DNA of 64,000 bases from Octopus sinensis (Eukaryota), in the NCBI RefSeq assembly GCF_006345805.1, contig NC_043012.1, positions 36,394,001 through 36,458,000 on the forward strand, given 5' to 3'. A program made the translations under genes and the position numbers. The notes below the pieces were generated by a model. The model was given only the letters and a program-made list of their open reading frames with translations, searched no databases and was not told the origin of the DNA. Below are positions 23,913 to 37,228 of the stretch, in pieces (position 1 is the stretch's first letter; each line of letters begins with the position of its first letter).

Positions 23913-24110
23913 CATCATCATCATCGTTTAACATCCGTTTTCCATGCTGGCATGGGTTGGATGGATTGACAGAAGCTGACAAGGCCAGGGACCACACAAG
24001 GTTACATAGTCAGTTCTGGCTTGGTTTGTACAGCTTGATGCCCTTCCTAGTGCCATCCGCTTTACAGATTGTACTAGGCAATTTTCACCTTTTTACATGA
24101 CACTGTCCCC
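23913..24110 (-). mobile_element. RTE 3'UTR end that hosts the 26-bp array
   Basis: (CAT)n tail and GATGCCCTTCCTAGTGCCA motif running directly into the array. Confidence 0.78.
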
Positions 24111-24938
24111 AGTGCCTTTTACGTGGTACCATCACCAGTGCTTTTCATGTGGCACCATCACCAGTGCTTTTCATGTGGCACCATCACCAGTGCTTTTCAT
24201 GTGGCACCATCACCAGTGCTTTTCATGTGGCACCATCACCAGTGCTTTTCATGTGGCACCATCACCAGTGCTTTTCATGTGGCACCATCACCAGTGCTTT
24301 TCATGTGGCACCATCACCAGTGCTTTTCATGTGGCACCATCACCAGTGCTTTTCATGTGGCACCATCACCAGTGCTTTTCATGTGGCACCATCACCAGTG
24401 CTTTTCATGTGGCACCATCACCAGTGCTTTTCATGGGCACCATCACCAGTGCTTTTTATGTGGTACCATCACCAGTGCTTTTCATGTGGCACCATCACCA
24501 GTGCTTTTCATGTGGCACCATCACCAGTGCTTTTCATGTGGAACCATCACCAGTGCTTTTTATGTGGCACCATCACCAGTGCTTTTCATGTGGCACCATC
24601 ACCAGTGCTTTTCATGTGGCACCATCACCAGTGCTTTTCATGTGGCACCATCACCAGTGCTTTTCATGTGGAACCATCACCAGTGCTTTTTATGTGGTAC
24701 CATCACCAGTGCTTTTCATGTGGCACCATCACCAGTGCTTTTCATGTGGAACCATCACCAGTGCTTTTTATGTGGCACCATCACCAGTGCTTTTCATGTG
24801 GCACCATCACCAGTGCTTTTTATGTGGTACCATCACCAGTGCTTTTCATGTGGCACCATCACCAGTGCTTTTCATGTGGCACCATCACCAGTGCTTTTTA
24901 TGCGGCACCGTCCCCAGTGCTTTTTACGTGGTACCAGT
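24111..24938. repeat. 26-bp minisatellite, 32 units (last partial)
   Basis: Unit AGTGCTTTTCATGTGGCACCATCACC, head-to-tail without spacers. Confidence 0.98.
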
Positions 24939-25744
24939 CACTCTTCTCTTCAGTTATTTCTGAACCTGCAACAGAGACATCTAACAAACTGAATAACCAC
25001 AACAATATGAAGGAAATAGCAGGGGAGGAGGGATGGAGGAGTATGTCTTATATACCCCATGTTTCATTACCATCATCATCATCATCGTATGTCTGCCTTT
25101 TCTTGCTGGTGCAAGCTGGGCAGTTTTCTGCAAGACAACCAGATGCCTTTCCTATCACCAACCTTTTTGGTCACCTTTCACAGCACACAAACAAGGATGT
25201 ATCATAGCTATACTAAAACTGGGATAAACATAGTACAAAATATCTCACCAGGTTTAGCAAATGAAATTATAGACCAAGCATAAACAGCTGTTGTATAGCA
25301 CTATTTGATCAATAATACTACCAACATAACGGTTTTAGTAATATATTATAAGCAGTTAATAATAAGCATATGGAGTTAAAATAACATATTAACAAGTTCA
25401 TAGTAGTACGAATTAACTACAAAGATTTTAATGTAAATGATATCAAAGAACTATAAGAACCAATTTGAGAGAAGGAAGAGAAAGGAACTAGGTCCATTGA
25501 TAGAGCACCAACGATAGAAATGAATAACAGTCCAGCCGTGCCCCACCAGCAGAGTTTGTTGTTCTTTTCTGTCTCACATTGGTATGTAGAATATTTAATG
25601 TGTTGGTATTATTTTGTGTTTATATCAAATCTTTTCTATTTTATATGCAATTTTGTGCATTTTTTGTGATGTTTATTAAATTATTCAAATAGTTAAAGGG
25701 AAGTCAATGAGGAATAAATCATCAAATGATTCATAATAACAACA

Positions 25745-26488
25745 AGCGGGAGAGCATTACATACCATCAAAGTGACATTGGGGTACAAATATACAAAGCC
25801 CAACACATCCATAATGACTACCTGTGTGATCAGGGTACACCAGGCACATGCATCACAACTATATGTACACGACACGGTAACCTCATATCAAAACAAACAG
25901 TACATGACCTTGCAGGTAGGATCAAATAGCCTGTCCCATTCAAAAGGTCTCTGAATAAGGGTTGTTTAAGGATGATGAACAAAACACCCATGCTTCCAGG
26001 GGTGAAATATTCAAAACCCACAGAGTCCCTCTCAATACATGGCTCTAATGCTATGCAACTACTGCTCATGATCAGAGATGCACATATTGTCAGTTACTAA
26101 GGGACATGCTCAACTCATTAAGGTCAGACAACTGATAAGCAGATCTATGGTACTGAACAGAAAAGGGCAACGAACTGGCAGAAACATTAGCACACCAAGC
26201 GAAATGCGTAGCCGTATTTCGTCTGCCGTTACGTTCTGAGTTCAAATTCCGCTGAGGTCGACTTTGCCTTTCATCCTTTTGGGGTCGATAAATTAAGTAA
26301 CAGTTACGCACTGGGGTCGATATAATCGACTTAATCCATCTGTCTGTCCTTGTTTCTCCTCTCTGTGTTTAGCCCCTTGTGGGTAGTAAAGAAATAGGTA
26401 CTGAGCAGAATATTTGCTATCGCCCATCTTTTACACCAAAACAAATCATGTACATATTAACACTTCCAATCAGTTAAGATCAGAAGCC
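25745..26488 (-). mobile_element. Unclassified ~550-bp dispersed repeat interrupted by SINE S2
   Basis: Reverse complement of 30249-30802. Confidence 0.75.
26163..26396 (+). mobile_element. SINE S2, full length, with 14-bp TSD
   Basis: GGTACTGAACAGAA (26149-26162) / GGTACTGAGCAGAA (26397-26410). Confidence 0.92.
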
Positions 26489-26499
26489 TTTTTTGTTTC

Positions 26500-27615
26500 T
26501 GCTAAAGGCACAAATTTTGAGTGAGGAGAATAGTTGATTTTGTTGGCCTGAGCACTCAACTGGTCGGTACTCATTTCATCGACCCTGAAAGGATGAAAGG
26601 CGAAGTCGACCTTGGTAAAATGTGAACCTAGAACATAAAGCTGGAGGAAATGACTGATGTGGTAATGATTCTGCCACCTTGCAACATTAATAATAATAAT
26701 GATAATAATAATTTCAAATTTTGGACAAGGCCAGCAAATTTCGGGGGAGGGGATAAGCTGATTTGAACTCAAATACTGCCCCTTCCACTAAAAATTGCTG
26801 GCCTTGTGCCAAAATCACAATCAATATAAGCTGGCAGAATTGTTAGTTCAAAAGACAAAATGCTTAGCAGTATCCCTTCCAGTTGTTGAAGTTCTGAGTT
26901 CAAGTCCTACTGGAGTCAACTTTGTCTTTTATCCTTTCAAGGATGATAAAATACAGTAGTAGTCAAAAACTGGGGTCAATGCAATCAACTACCCCCTTCC
27001 CCTAGAATCACTGGCCTTCAGCAACTAAAACCATATTTCTTACACAGACACACACAGGTATGTGTATGTATATATTCTTTTTTTTCTTTTATTTGTTTCA
27101 GTCATTTGACTGCGGCCATGCTGGAGCACCGCCTTTAGTCGAGAAAATCGACTCCAAGACTTATTCTTTGTAAGCCTAGTACTTATTCTATTGGTCTCTC
27201 TTGCCAAACCGCTAAGTGACGGGGGATGTAAACACACCAGCACCAGTTGTCAAGCGATGTTGGGGGGACAAACACAGACACAAACATATAATATATATAT
27301 ATACGACAGGCTTCTTTCAGTTTCCATCTGCCAAATCCACTCATAAGGCTTTGGTCGGCCTGAAGCTATAGTCGAAGACACTTGCCCAAGGTGCCACACA
27401 GTGGGACTAAACCCGGAACCATGTAGTTGGTAAGCAAGCTACTTACCACACAGCCAGATGGGTACAAATATCCCATGTGGAAGGCTTGATAAGAGAAGAC
27501 ACTTGGTCAAGAGAAGACACTTGGTCAAGAGAAGACACTTGGTCAAGGTGCTCTGCAGTGGGACTGAACCCAGAACCATGTGGTCGCAAAGCAAACTTCT
27601 TACCACACAGCCATG
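26500..27615. mobile_element. Cluster of S2 fragments (both strands), S1 full length (-, 27085-27454) and an S1 fragment with an 18-bp triplication
   Basis: Family motifs; AGAGAAGACACTTGGTCA three times at about 27492-27546. Confidence 0.78.
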
Positions 27616-27984
27616 ATTTCAAAATCTTTTGTATCTCACGCTTAGATGCATTTACTCTTGGTACACACACACACACACATACATACATACAAAGTCTACA
27701 AGAATTGGCAGTCCTGAACCCTCATGTCTTCCTGTTCCACACATACACACAACTTAGCACTCTACCAGATGGGTCTTTCTGAAACCAGATGGTAAGGCCA
27801 TTGAGAACCTTCTTTCTCTCTCTCTCTCTCTCTTTTTCTTTCTTTCTTGGGGTTTTCTGTTTCCTTTTAGTTTCCCAAGTGCTCAAGATTATTTCTTCTC
27901 CTTATATCACCGACTTTTATCATCTTCATACCTATAAGGCAGACAATAAGAATACTAAGAAATTATAAAACAATAATGCTAGCA

Positions 27985-29057
27985 ATTCTCTCTATCATAA
28001 GCGCAAAGCCTGAAATTTGGTGGAGGAGGGGGGGTTAGCTGATTACTTTGCCCCTAGCACTCAACTGGTACTTATTTCATTAACCCCCAAAAGGATGAAA
28101 GGTTAAGTAGACCTCAGCAGAATGTAAATTGAGACAAGATGCCACCAAGCATTTCACCCGGCATGATAATGATTCTGCCAGCTCACCACCTTAAAAATAA
28201 TAATAATAATAATCCTTTCTACTCGAGACACAAAGCCTCAAATTTGTGGGGAGGGGGACAGATGATTACGTCGACCCCAGTGTTTCACTTGTACTTAATT
28301 TATCAACCCTGAAAAAAATGAAAGGCAAAGTTGACCTCGGCAGAATTTGAACCCAGAACATAGTGACAGGTGAAATAATAATAATGATGATAATGATTTC
28401 AAATTTTGGCACAAAGCCAGTAATTTCATGAGATGGAAATTAGTTGACAGTATTTGACAGGTACTTTATTTTATCCTGAAAGGACGAAAGGCCAAGTTGA
28501 CTTCAACAAGATTTGAACTCAGAACGTAAAGAGCTGGAGCAAATACTGCAAAGCATTTTTTCCTGGTACTCTAATAATTCTGCCAGCTTATTGCCTCAAC
28601 AATACTAATTATAATTTTGGAATGAGGCTAGCAATTTTGAGGCAGTGGGGGGGGGGGGCGGCAAGTCAGTTCCATCAACTCCTGGTACTTGAGTGGTACT
28701 TTATTTTATTACTTTGAAAGAATGAAATGCGAAGATTATACTGGCGAGATTTGAACTTGGATTTGTAAAGAACCAGAAAAAAGGCTGTGAAGCATTTTGT
28801 GTGACACACTTGTGACTCTGCTAGTTGGCTATCTTAGTAATCTTTTCTGCTATAGGCACAAGACCTGAAATTTTCAGGCGAGGGGTTTAGTCGATTCTAT
28901 CAACCCCAGTACACAACTGTTACTTATTTAATTGACCCCGAAAGGATGAAATGCAAAGCTGATCTCAGCAAAATTTGAACTCAGAATGTAACGGCAGATG
29001 AAATACTGCTAAGCATTTCACCTAGCATGCTAACGATTTTGCCAGCTAGCCGCCCTT
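27985..29057 (-). mobile_element. Head-to-tail stack of five S2 SINEs
   Basis: Five repeats of CACAAGGCC..ACTGGTACTT..AAGGATGAAAGG..GAATTTGAAC..TCTGCCAGCT separated by TAA-rich linkers. Confidence 0.82.
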
Positions 29058-29147
29058 GGGTATGTTGAAGGGATGGGGGGGGGGGCAGTGAGATAACAAT
29101 TAATTAACACACTAAAATTAACTTAAAGGTGGAATTTGAACTCAGAA

Positions 29148-29510
29148 GGAAGTGGCCTGTGCATTTGATACAAAACAAAAAAAAAGGAAAAAAGAAAAAG
29201 GAGTCAACAAGATAGATATATACCAGGTCCTGAAGCGAGAGATAAGCAAATTGTAGGAGTCGCAGAAATTGTGAGGTTGTACCAATTGTCAAAGGAACAT
29301 TAAGAAGGATGGAAAAGAGGCTCAAGGAATTGGCAGAAAAGATTGGTTTGCGGAAGCAGACAGAATACATGCAACTGGTCTGCTTGTTAGGAACGGCAAA
29401 GATTATTTGAAAGTTCTAAGATGGCTGTGATGACAGGTGGTGACTTGTTAATCCAAGTGTAAACCCACCTAAATTCCATCATAGGGGTAAGATACAAAAA
29501 ATATTGAAAT
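29148..29510 (+). pseudogene. R4/Dong-like non-LTR retrotransposon, restriction-like endonuclease C-terminus remnant
   Basis: EVACAFDTK..NKIDIYQVLKREISKL*..EVVPIVKGTL..KIGL..MQLVCLLGTAKII matches the RLE pattern K..KY.DL..E...LW..VVP.V.GALG..LQK..LLGTA.I. Confidence 0.75.
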
Positions 29511-30210
29511 CGTGGCTGTGTGGTAAGAAGTTTGCTTCACAATCACATGGTTCTAGGTTCAATCCCATTGCAGGGCACCCTGGCCAAATGTCTTCTACTA
29601 TAGCCTCCAGTCAACAAAACCCTAGCGAGTGGAGTTAGTAGATGGAAACTGAAAGAAGCTCGTCTCAACTGACTGACTTGACCGGCTTCTGTGCCGGTGG
29701 CACGTAAAAAGCACCCACTACACTCACGGAGTGGTTGGCATTAGGAAGGGCATCCAGCTGTAGAAACACTGCCAGATCAGACTGGAACCTGGTGCAGCTT
29801 CCTGGCTTCCCAGACCCCGGTCGAACCATCCAACCCCTGCTAGCACGGAAAACAGACGTTAAACGATGATGATGATGATATATATATATATATATATATA
29901 TATATTCTCTTCTGGTCATTTCAATATGTGAGCGCATGTGTATTGTTGGCGATTTTCTTTCTCCATCTTCCTTTCTTTGGACTTTTTCTATATTTCTGAT
30001 AAAATATATATAAATATGAGGGCGGGTGTCTTTGTGTCTGACCCCAGCAGCACTTGACAACCGCTGTTGATATGTTTACATCCCTGTAACTTTGTGGTTC
30101 GGCATCAGAGACTAATACAATAAGTACCAGGCTTAAAGAATAAGAACTGGGGTTAATTCGTTCAGCACGACTCCAGTCTAACGAGTGAAACAAGCAAATG
30201 ATAGAAAGGT
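29511..30210 (+). mobile_element. SINE S1 split by an RTE 3' end (29680-29880) and (TA)n
   Basis: S1 head at 29511-29663, RTE tail, then the S1 3' part at 30020-30210. Confidence 0.75.
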
Positions 30211-30248
30211 AACAGAATGATGATAATAATAATAATAATAATAATAAA

Positions 30249-30802
30249 TGCCCTGATGCAGTACCAGACACTGGCTCTCATGGCTTCTGATCTTAACTGA
30301 TTGGAAGTGTTATCATGTACATTGTTTCGTCTTAGTATAAAAGATGGGCTACAACAAATATTCTGCTCAATACCACAAATTTGCTTGTCAGTTGTTTGAC
30401 CATAACCAGTTGAGCATGTCCCTTAGTGGCTGACGATATGTGCATCTCTGATCACGAGCAGAAGTAGTGGGGGAGCATCACAGCCATGTGTTGAGAGGGA
30501 TTCTTTGGAGGTTTGGATAATTCACCTCTGGAAACATGGGCGGTTCGTTCAACATCTCTAAACAAACCTTATTGAGGGACCTTTTGAGCGGGATGGATTA
30601 CTGGACCAGAAGAAAATTCTAACTGGGCCCCACCTGCAAGGTCATTCACTGTTTATCTTGATATGAGATTACTATGTCGCACACGTGGTTGTGATACATG
30701 TGCCTGGTGTACCCTTATCAGACAGGTAGTCATGATGGGTATACTGAGCTTCGTATAATTGTACCCTAGTGTCACTTTGAGTGCATACACTGCTCTTTCA
30801 TT
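30249..30802 (+). mobile_element. Unclassified ~550-bp dispersed repeat embedded in (TAA)n, probable non-LTR 3' end
   Basis: Second copy at 25745-26488; (TAA)n on both sides. Confidence 0.7.
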
Positions 30803-30803
30803 C

Positions 30804-30834
<31 letters not shown>

Positions 30835-31317
30835 CTTCTGCAACCTTGCAATGTTAATAATAATAATAATAAGGATTTCAAATTTTAGACAAGGCGAGCA
30901 AATTTGGGGGAGGGGATAAGCTGATTTGAACACAACTACTTCCACTAAAAATTGCTGGCCCAAATAGATTAGTTTTCTAAAGAAACTGAAATCAAATTCA
31001 CACTTCAACACCTGTCCTGATAACAACTGAATTAGTTGTTCAGTTACTTAGGAACACTCTGCAGGTCAAATGTGTTTTTGTGCTGGTCTACGACACCCTC
31101 AACAATACACCTATTCAATGGATGATTGAATGGAGCAAAGTGTAGCAACCAAGGTATGCTGTTTCTATCTTACAGTGCTAAATCTGTTGATATACAATTA
31201 AAGGCTCTGATAATACCAAGGTAATAAAAAGGGTAAGGTAGATTTGATTTGGGTCTATCAAAGGGGACTAGAAACTCAGGTGTGGGGAGAATCGTATTGC
31301 AATTATTTTAATGCCAT

Positions 31318-31510
31318 CGTTAGTATGCCAGGCAAAATGTGCAGTGGCATTTCATCTCGTAACAATCTGAGTTCAAATTCCGCCAAGGTTGACTTTGCCT
31401 TTCATCTTTCCATTGATGATAAAATAAGTACCAGTTGAACACTGGGGGGGGGGGACGTAATTAACTTACCCCTCCCCTAAAATTACTAGCCTTGTGCCAA
31501 AATTTGAAAC
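31318..31510 (+). mobile_element. SINE S2
   Basis: Family match. Confidence 0.8.
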
Positions 31511-32608
31511 TAGTTACTCTGATGTCATCTCAGGTTTTGTGTTCTTATTTTTATTCTAGTTCAAACCTTTGTGAATTGTGGCCATGCTGCAGTAGCGTAT
31601 CACCTTACATGTGTCTGGATCAGACACAGGACATAATAATTAGAGGTCCTCATTGACTGTCTATCTCAGGTAGTTGTCTATAGATTCAGAGTTGCAATAC
31701 CTGTAGCTTTATATGAACTTTATAAAAAAAAACAAAAAACTACATATTCATCACAAAAATATCTTTTGCACTTATTCAACTTCATGGTTTCTGGCTAACC
31801 CCTCGACTTTGTCTAATTTGATTATTACAGTCTAATTAGTAAGACTATTATTAGCCCAGATCACAGATATCCTATTACACTTCATCCAGAATACTTTAAG
31901 CTACATCTAACCAAAGTTGGAATTCAAGAAGGGCAAGTGCTGACTTTATATACACCCCAACATCTGTGAATCCATGTGGAGTGTAAGCGTAGCAATTCAA
32001 CAAGGCTTTTGACAGAAGTAATAGCTTAATGGTGCATATTGCCTTGTTCAATTATGCTATTTTACATACATACATATTTATGTGTGTTAAACTAAAAGAC
32101 ATTTCTTCTCAGGCCCCCTACTGAACACCTACTCTAATCTAATTAACAAACTATCAAAGGTGTCTCTGTCTAGTTGCTCGACATGCTAGAAATAGCAACC
32201 AAATTTACCTAAAATCACACCTGCCGTTTTAAAACGCATATTGTATAGTTCTGGGTCGCCTGCATATAGGAAAAGGTGGGGTGGTCACGACTAGGATGCC
32301 TTTGACTCCCTCCCTCCCATAGGTTTACTAGATGAGGGGTTAACGACAAGAGCAACTACAAAAACTGAACAGGTAAAGTACATTTGATTGCGGCACCCAC
32401 CCCCACGCGCACGTCATTCGTGCTTCCCACCCCCTCCCAGTCCATGACTTTTTTTTTTGATAAACACAATAACGTAGATACACTACATGCCAAACAGATA
32501 AAATTATATCAGAAAATTATATAACGGAACAGCACTAACAATAAAAGGCCTAAAATAAATACATGACTTCATGTAATTTAGTGACCACATTTATAAATTA
32601 AATATTTC

Positions 32609-32742
<134 letters not shown>

Positions 32743-34859
32743 TAGGGGGGGTGTTGCAATTATTTCAATCAAGCAGCCAGGTGTGTACTCTAATACACTA
32801 GGTTTCGGCAAATATCATCCCTTCCATGACTGCTATTTTTAGATAGTTAAAACAGCCAAAGTAAAGATGTTGTTTAAAGTATCTGGCAGTTAAACAACTT
32901 TTAACTCTTGAGTAACCGACACACAGACACTCTTGCAAGAATTATCCGTCCAGGTTTCAAAGTCAGGGTCTAGTGCACATCTCTAATGAAATACCATCGG
33001 AAATCTTTCAAATTTTCGTAATGTTTTTTATTAAATTTTTATCATTATTGCGTAAGTATTAAAGCCAAGTAAATTTAGGACATATTATTGTTATCCTTAT
33101 CATTATTAATCATTATTACACCCGTCACATGAAATGGGTGTAATAGTAGAAATTTGTCGGTTATAAATTATATTTTTTGGATAAAAATTCTTTACCTTCC
33201 CTGTGAAGCAGTGAGAGATATTCCAAAAGTCTGCCTCTCAAGAATTACGCCAACTTCGTGTGGCAGGTAAAATTTTTAAAAATTACTGTATTTAATTCAA
33301 ATATTTTTTAGTAAATATTTTAAAATATTAAATGTGTTTGTGCGTATAAGTGTGTGTTTTTATTTGGTTCCAAATGAAAATTCCTTAACGTGGAGTCTTG
33401 GTGATGCTCGACAAAACTTGCTATTGAGAATATTCCGGCGATAATTGACCGATTCTTCTGTATGAAACTGTAATATGGATAGTTAAATTATATTTGTAAA
33501 CTGTGTGGGAGGCTTTCAACTACAAAACTGCTTTGCAAGTAAGCAAAACACAAACATAGTAGAGTAATAATATAGTTTGTAAACAAATACCTGTTAATTA
33601 CAGCAAAGAGTCAAGACATTTATAGGTAAGTCATTGTTTAATTAGGGATAAGAATGAAGATCGGTGACACATAACTGAATTGGGGTCGTGGACAATGTAC
33701 CATCGATCTCACAGGATCCATGAACGACAGGGGTACACACACACACAAAGGAGGACCACGGCCAAAAGTCATGAAATTAAAATCGTTTTAATTACTTTTT
33801 TTTATATTTTTCTTTACAGTGAGTTTCCCCTCAACACCTAGCGTGCATTTATTTCCAGTTTTTATTTTTATTTATGATTTGCCTATATATACATACATAT
33901 ATATATATATATAAATAAAGATAGATAGATAGATGAGTCGTCTAAGGGTCCATAAGTCAGGAAAAAATGCACCCGTATATCTGTCAATAGAGAGTGTATA
34001 TTAATCGAAGTATACAGCATTATATATCCGTTACAATCGATCTTACCGATCGGCTTCGCGCTAAAGACTCAACGGAGTAACAGTCCGATTATACATATAT
34101 ATATATATATATATAATGCTACGGTATTGTAAATTCAAAAGAAAGAGATGAGGGTTATTAAATATTGTAACACCTGGACCAGTTGTTAAACTGTTTTATG
34201 AATAAAAGAAGGGTGAATAACAGAGGTTGCTGAAATCCTTGTCGAAATTTTTTATCAATATTATAAGGATCGTTATCATTATTGTTGTTGACATTGGTAT
34301 TGTACTGTGACCCCTAAGTTCCAAGGGATAAAAAGTCAATGAAGCAGGTTTAGCTAAAGGTGAGCGCTAAAAAATAACGGATCTCTCTGTGTATTATTCG
34401 TGTTTCTTCATCAGCTACAAAAGCGAAGAAGAAGAAGAACTGCTCCACCTGAAAAACTGGAAGGGTGACATTTACTGCTTTTGTGATGAACGATTCGTGA
34501 CCCAAGTTGACAATTAAACTAATGTGAAACAACTATTGACATTTATGTATTTATTTATTCAATGGTTAGACATATTAGAATGGTTGTAGCGTTGATGAAG
34601 AATATTCTACAGTCCATCCTCTTCTTCTTCTATAAACGACCCATCCACAAAAGAAGATCAATTTCCTAAAACTCACAACCGTTTCTCTCTTAATATATCG
34701 ATAACTTCCCCAAGGGGCAGTTTTGTACGTAGATATTATTAGATGAGGTTTATATGTAGATATTATAAGAGAAGGTTGAAGTGACTAATGGTTTGTAGTT
34801 TAATTAGTAGAGTTAATTAGTGTTAATTATTAGTAAGTTATGTAAATGCTGTTCCTTAC

Positions 34860-34936
34860 TTTATAAGTAACTCTAAAAAGACCACATTGCTGCAACAGCC
34901 GACAAAGACCATCAATATAGGAAAGCCTGGATGCAT
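34860..34936 (-). CDS. SLC35B4: SLC35B4 (UDP-xylose/UDP-GlcNAc nucleotide-sugar transporter), coding exon 1
   Basis: The minus strand reads ATG...MHPGFPILMVFVGCCSNVVFLELLI-AA|GTAAGG (77 nt, phase-2 donor). It is colinear with the SLC35B4 N-terminus (human MRPALAVGLVFAGCCSNVIFLELLAR, recalled from memory) and splices in frame to exon 2. Confidence 0.95.
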
Positions 34937-35900
34937 GATGAATTCTCTCAGTTTGGCTTCTCCAACAAGTGAGTGTCCCTAGATAATAAACAAACTGGTT
35001 TCGGGTTAATTTAATAAAGAGAGACGACGACCATGTGTCATCTTGGTCGTCTGCAATGACTGATTCGCACAAGAAAGCCACATGCCGCTTACACCATTAC
35101 AAACATACAGCTCTATAATAAGATATCACCTTTTAATACGTCAGTTACTAATCATAAAATAATACCGAGAGATACTACAAAAATGTAAAATTTTATTATT
35201 CCAATTTTACATCTATCTGAAAAAATTTTTTTTTAATGTATTGAAAAAATTAAAAGAGAATATAAAAAGAAAAAGAAATCAATATTTGTCGGCGACAGAA
35301 GGGGTCTGCTTAACTGTTGGATTTTGGGAAGGACAACAAAGAAGATGGCAGGATAGTGGAAACATTCACATTTCTTTCTCTCTCTCTCTTTCTTTCTCTC
35401 TGCTCTCTTCCTACTTTCTACAGATATTTTCACTGGATGCTCTCACTTTATAATTACTCATCAAAGGTAATCCGTTTCCGTCTTCCTATTTCGAACAATT
35501 ACAAGATCTAGCAACATAACCGTTGCTATATCTACTCCGCTTCTCTCTCTCTCTCTCCTAATATCACTCTGTCTAGCTACACACACACCAACACACATAC
35601 ATACATATACATACATACATATATATATACGTGCGGGTGTGTATACACGCGCACGTTTATCTTTTATCATACACACTACTTTCAACTCAACCGTACATTC
35701 AACTCACATTTCCTCTCCTCAATAGATTCCTACCCACCACACGAATATATTTTTTGTTGTTCATCAGAGGAGAGAGACTGGGTCCATTCCTTAGCAGCCT
35801 GCCTTTTTTTTTTAATTATTTCCTTAATTACCTCCAATTTATTATTCAGTCGGAGGATTATTCCTGCTTCTCCCCGGCAAATTCTTTACTCTAGGAATTT
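34937..35900. promoter_or_regulatory. SLC35B4 5'UTR/promoter, probably bidirectional
   Basis: Lies directly upstream of the SLC35B4 ATG in unique, CpG-retaining, SINE-free sequence. YY1-like AAGATGGCAG at about 35342 and a DRE palindrome TATCGATA at 34696-34703 nearby. The TSS cannot be determined from sequence. Confidence 0.55.
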
Positions 35901-35902
35901 AT

Positions 35903-35928
35903 ATGGAATTTAAAAAAGAAATACATAG
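35903..35928 (+). CDS. Candidate first coding exon A of an unidentified divergent gene (MEFKKEIH-)
   Basis: ATG GAA TTT AAA AAA GAA ATA CAT AG|GTAAAT, phase-2 donor, in unique sequence head-to-head with SLC35B4. It may be UTR only. Confidence 0.3.
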
Positions 35929-35973
35929 GTAAATGCTTATTTTTTCTTTTTCTTTATTTTGGAATAGCCCAGC

Positions 35974-36023
<50 letters not shown>

Positions 36024-36311
36024 CAAGCACTATACGCAACGTGTGTGTATATATATACACACACACCTCCCATTCTAAATCCCTATAATAACCTTATATT
36101 TTCCTTCCTGGCCGATTGATTCTTTTACTTTTTCTCTCTGTAAGCGATTCTCTTAATCTTTTTCAATTTCAGCTTCACTCAATTTCGAAATATTCATTTA
36201 AATTCCGTTTATTATTATTATTATTATTATTATTGCCAAAACACAAAGTATGTAAAAGCACTGCAACAGTGCTGTGGCTTTTCCTTTACCAGATACGTTT
36301 ACTGGAATTAT

Positions 36312-37015
36312 ACGTGTATATATTCTGTGGGTGTGTATATATAAATATGTATGTATATATATGTAAGTATATGTGTGTATATATGTATGTGTGTATATAT
36401 GTATGTATGTATATATGTGTATGTATGTATGTGGATATATATGTGTATGTATGTATATATATATAAGTGTATGTGGATATATATGTGTGTATATATATAT
36501 GTGTGTATATATATGTGTGTATATATATATGTGTGTATATATATATGTGTGTATATATATGTGTGTGTATATATATGTGTGTGTGTGTATATATATGTCT
36601 GTATATATATATATCTCTATATATATATGTGTGTGTGTATATATGTGTGTATATATATATATGTGTGTGTGTATATATATATGTGTATATATATGTGTGT
36701 GTGTGTATATATATGTGTGTGTGTGTATATATATATGTGTATATATATATGTGTGTGTGTGTATATATATATGTGTATATATATATGTGTGTGTGTGTAT
36801 ATATATGTGTGTGTATATATATATGTCTGTATATATATATATCTCTATATATATATGTGTGTGTGTATATATGTGTGTATATATATATATGTGTGTGTGT
36901 GTATATATATATGTGTATTTATATATATGTATATGTGTATATATGTGTGTGTGTAAGTGTATCTATATATATGTATATGTGTATATATATATGTGTGTGT
37001 GTGTGTAAGTGTATT

Positions 37016-37050
<35 letters not shown>

Positions 37051-37059
37051 AAGTGTATT

Positions 37060-37094
<35 letters not shown>

Positions 37095-37155
37095 AAGTGT
37101 ATCTATATATATGTATATGTGTATATATATATGTGTGTGTGTGTGTAAGTGTATT

Positions 37156-37186
<31 letters not shown>

Positions 37187-37195
37187 AAGTGTATT

Positions 37196-37228
<33 letters not shown>

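Noticed and set aside
24097-25207. CRISPR array, or 288-352-aa repeat proteins
   Set aside because: The units are contiguous with no unique spacers, there are no cas genes and the context is eukaryotic. All three frames are open only because the 26-mer lacks stop codons.
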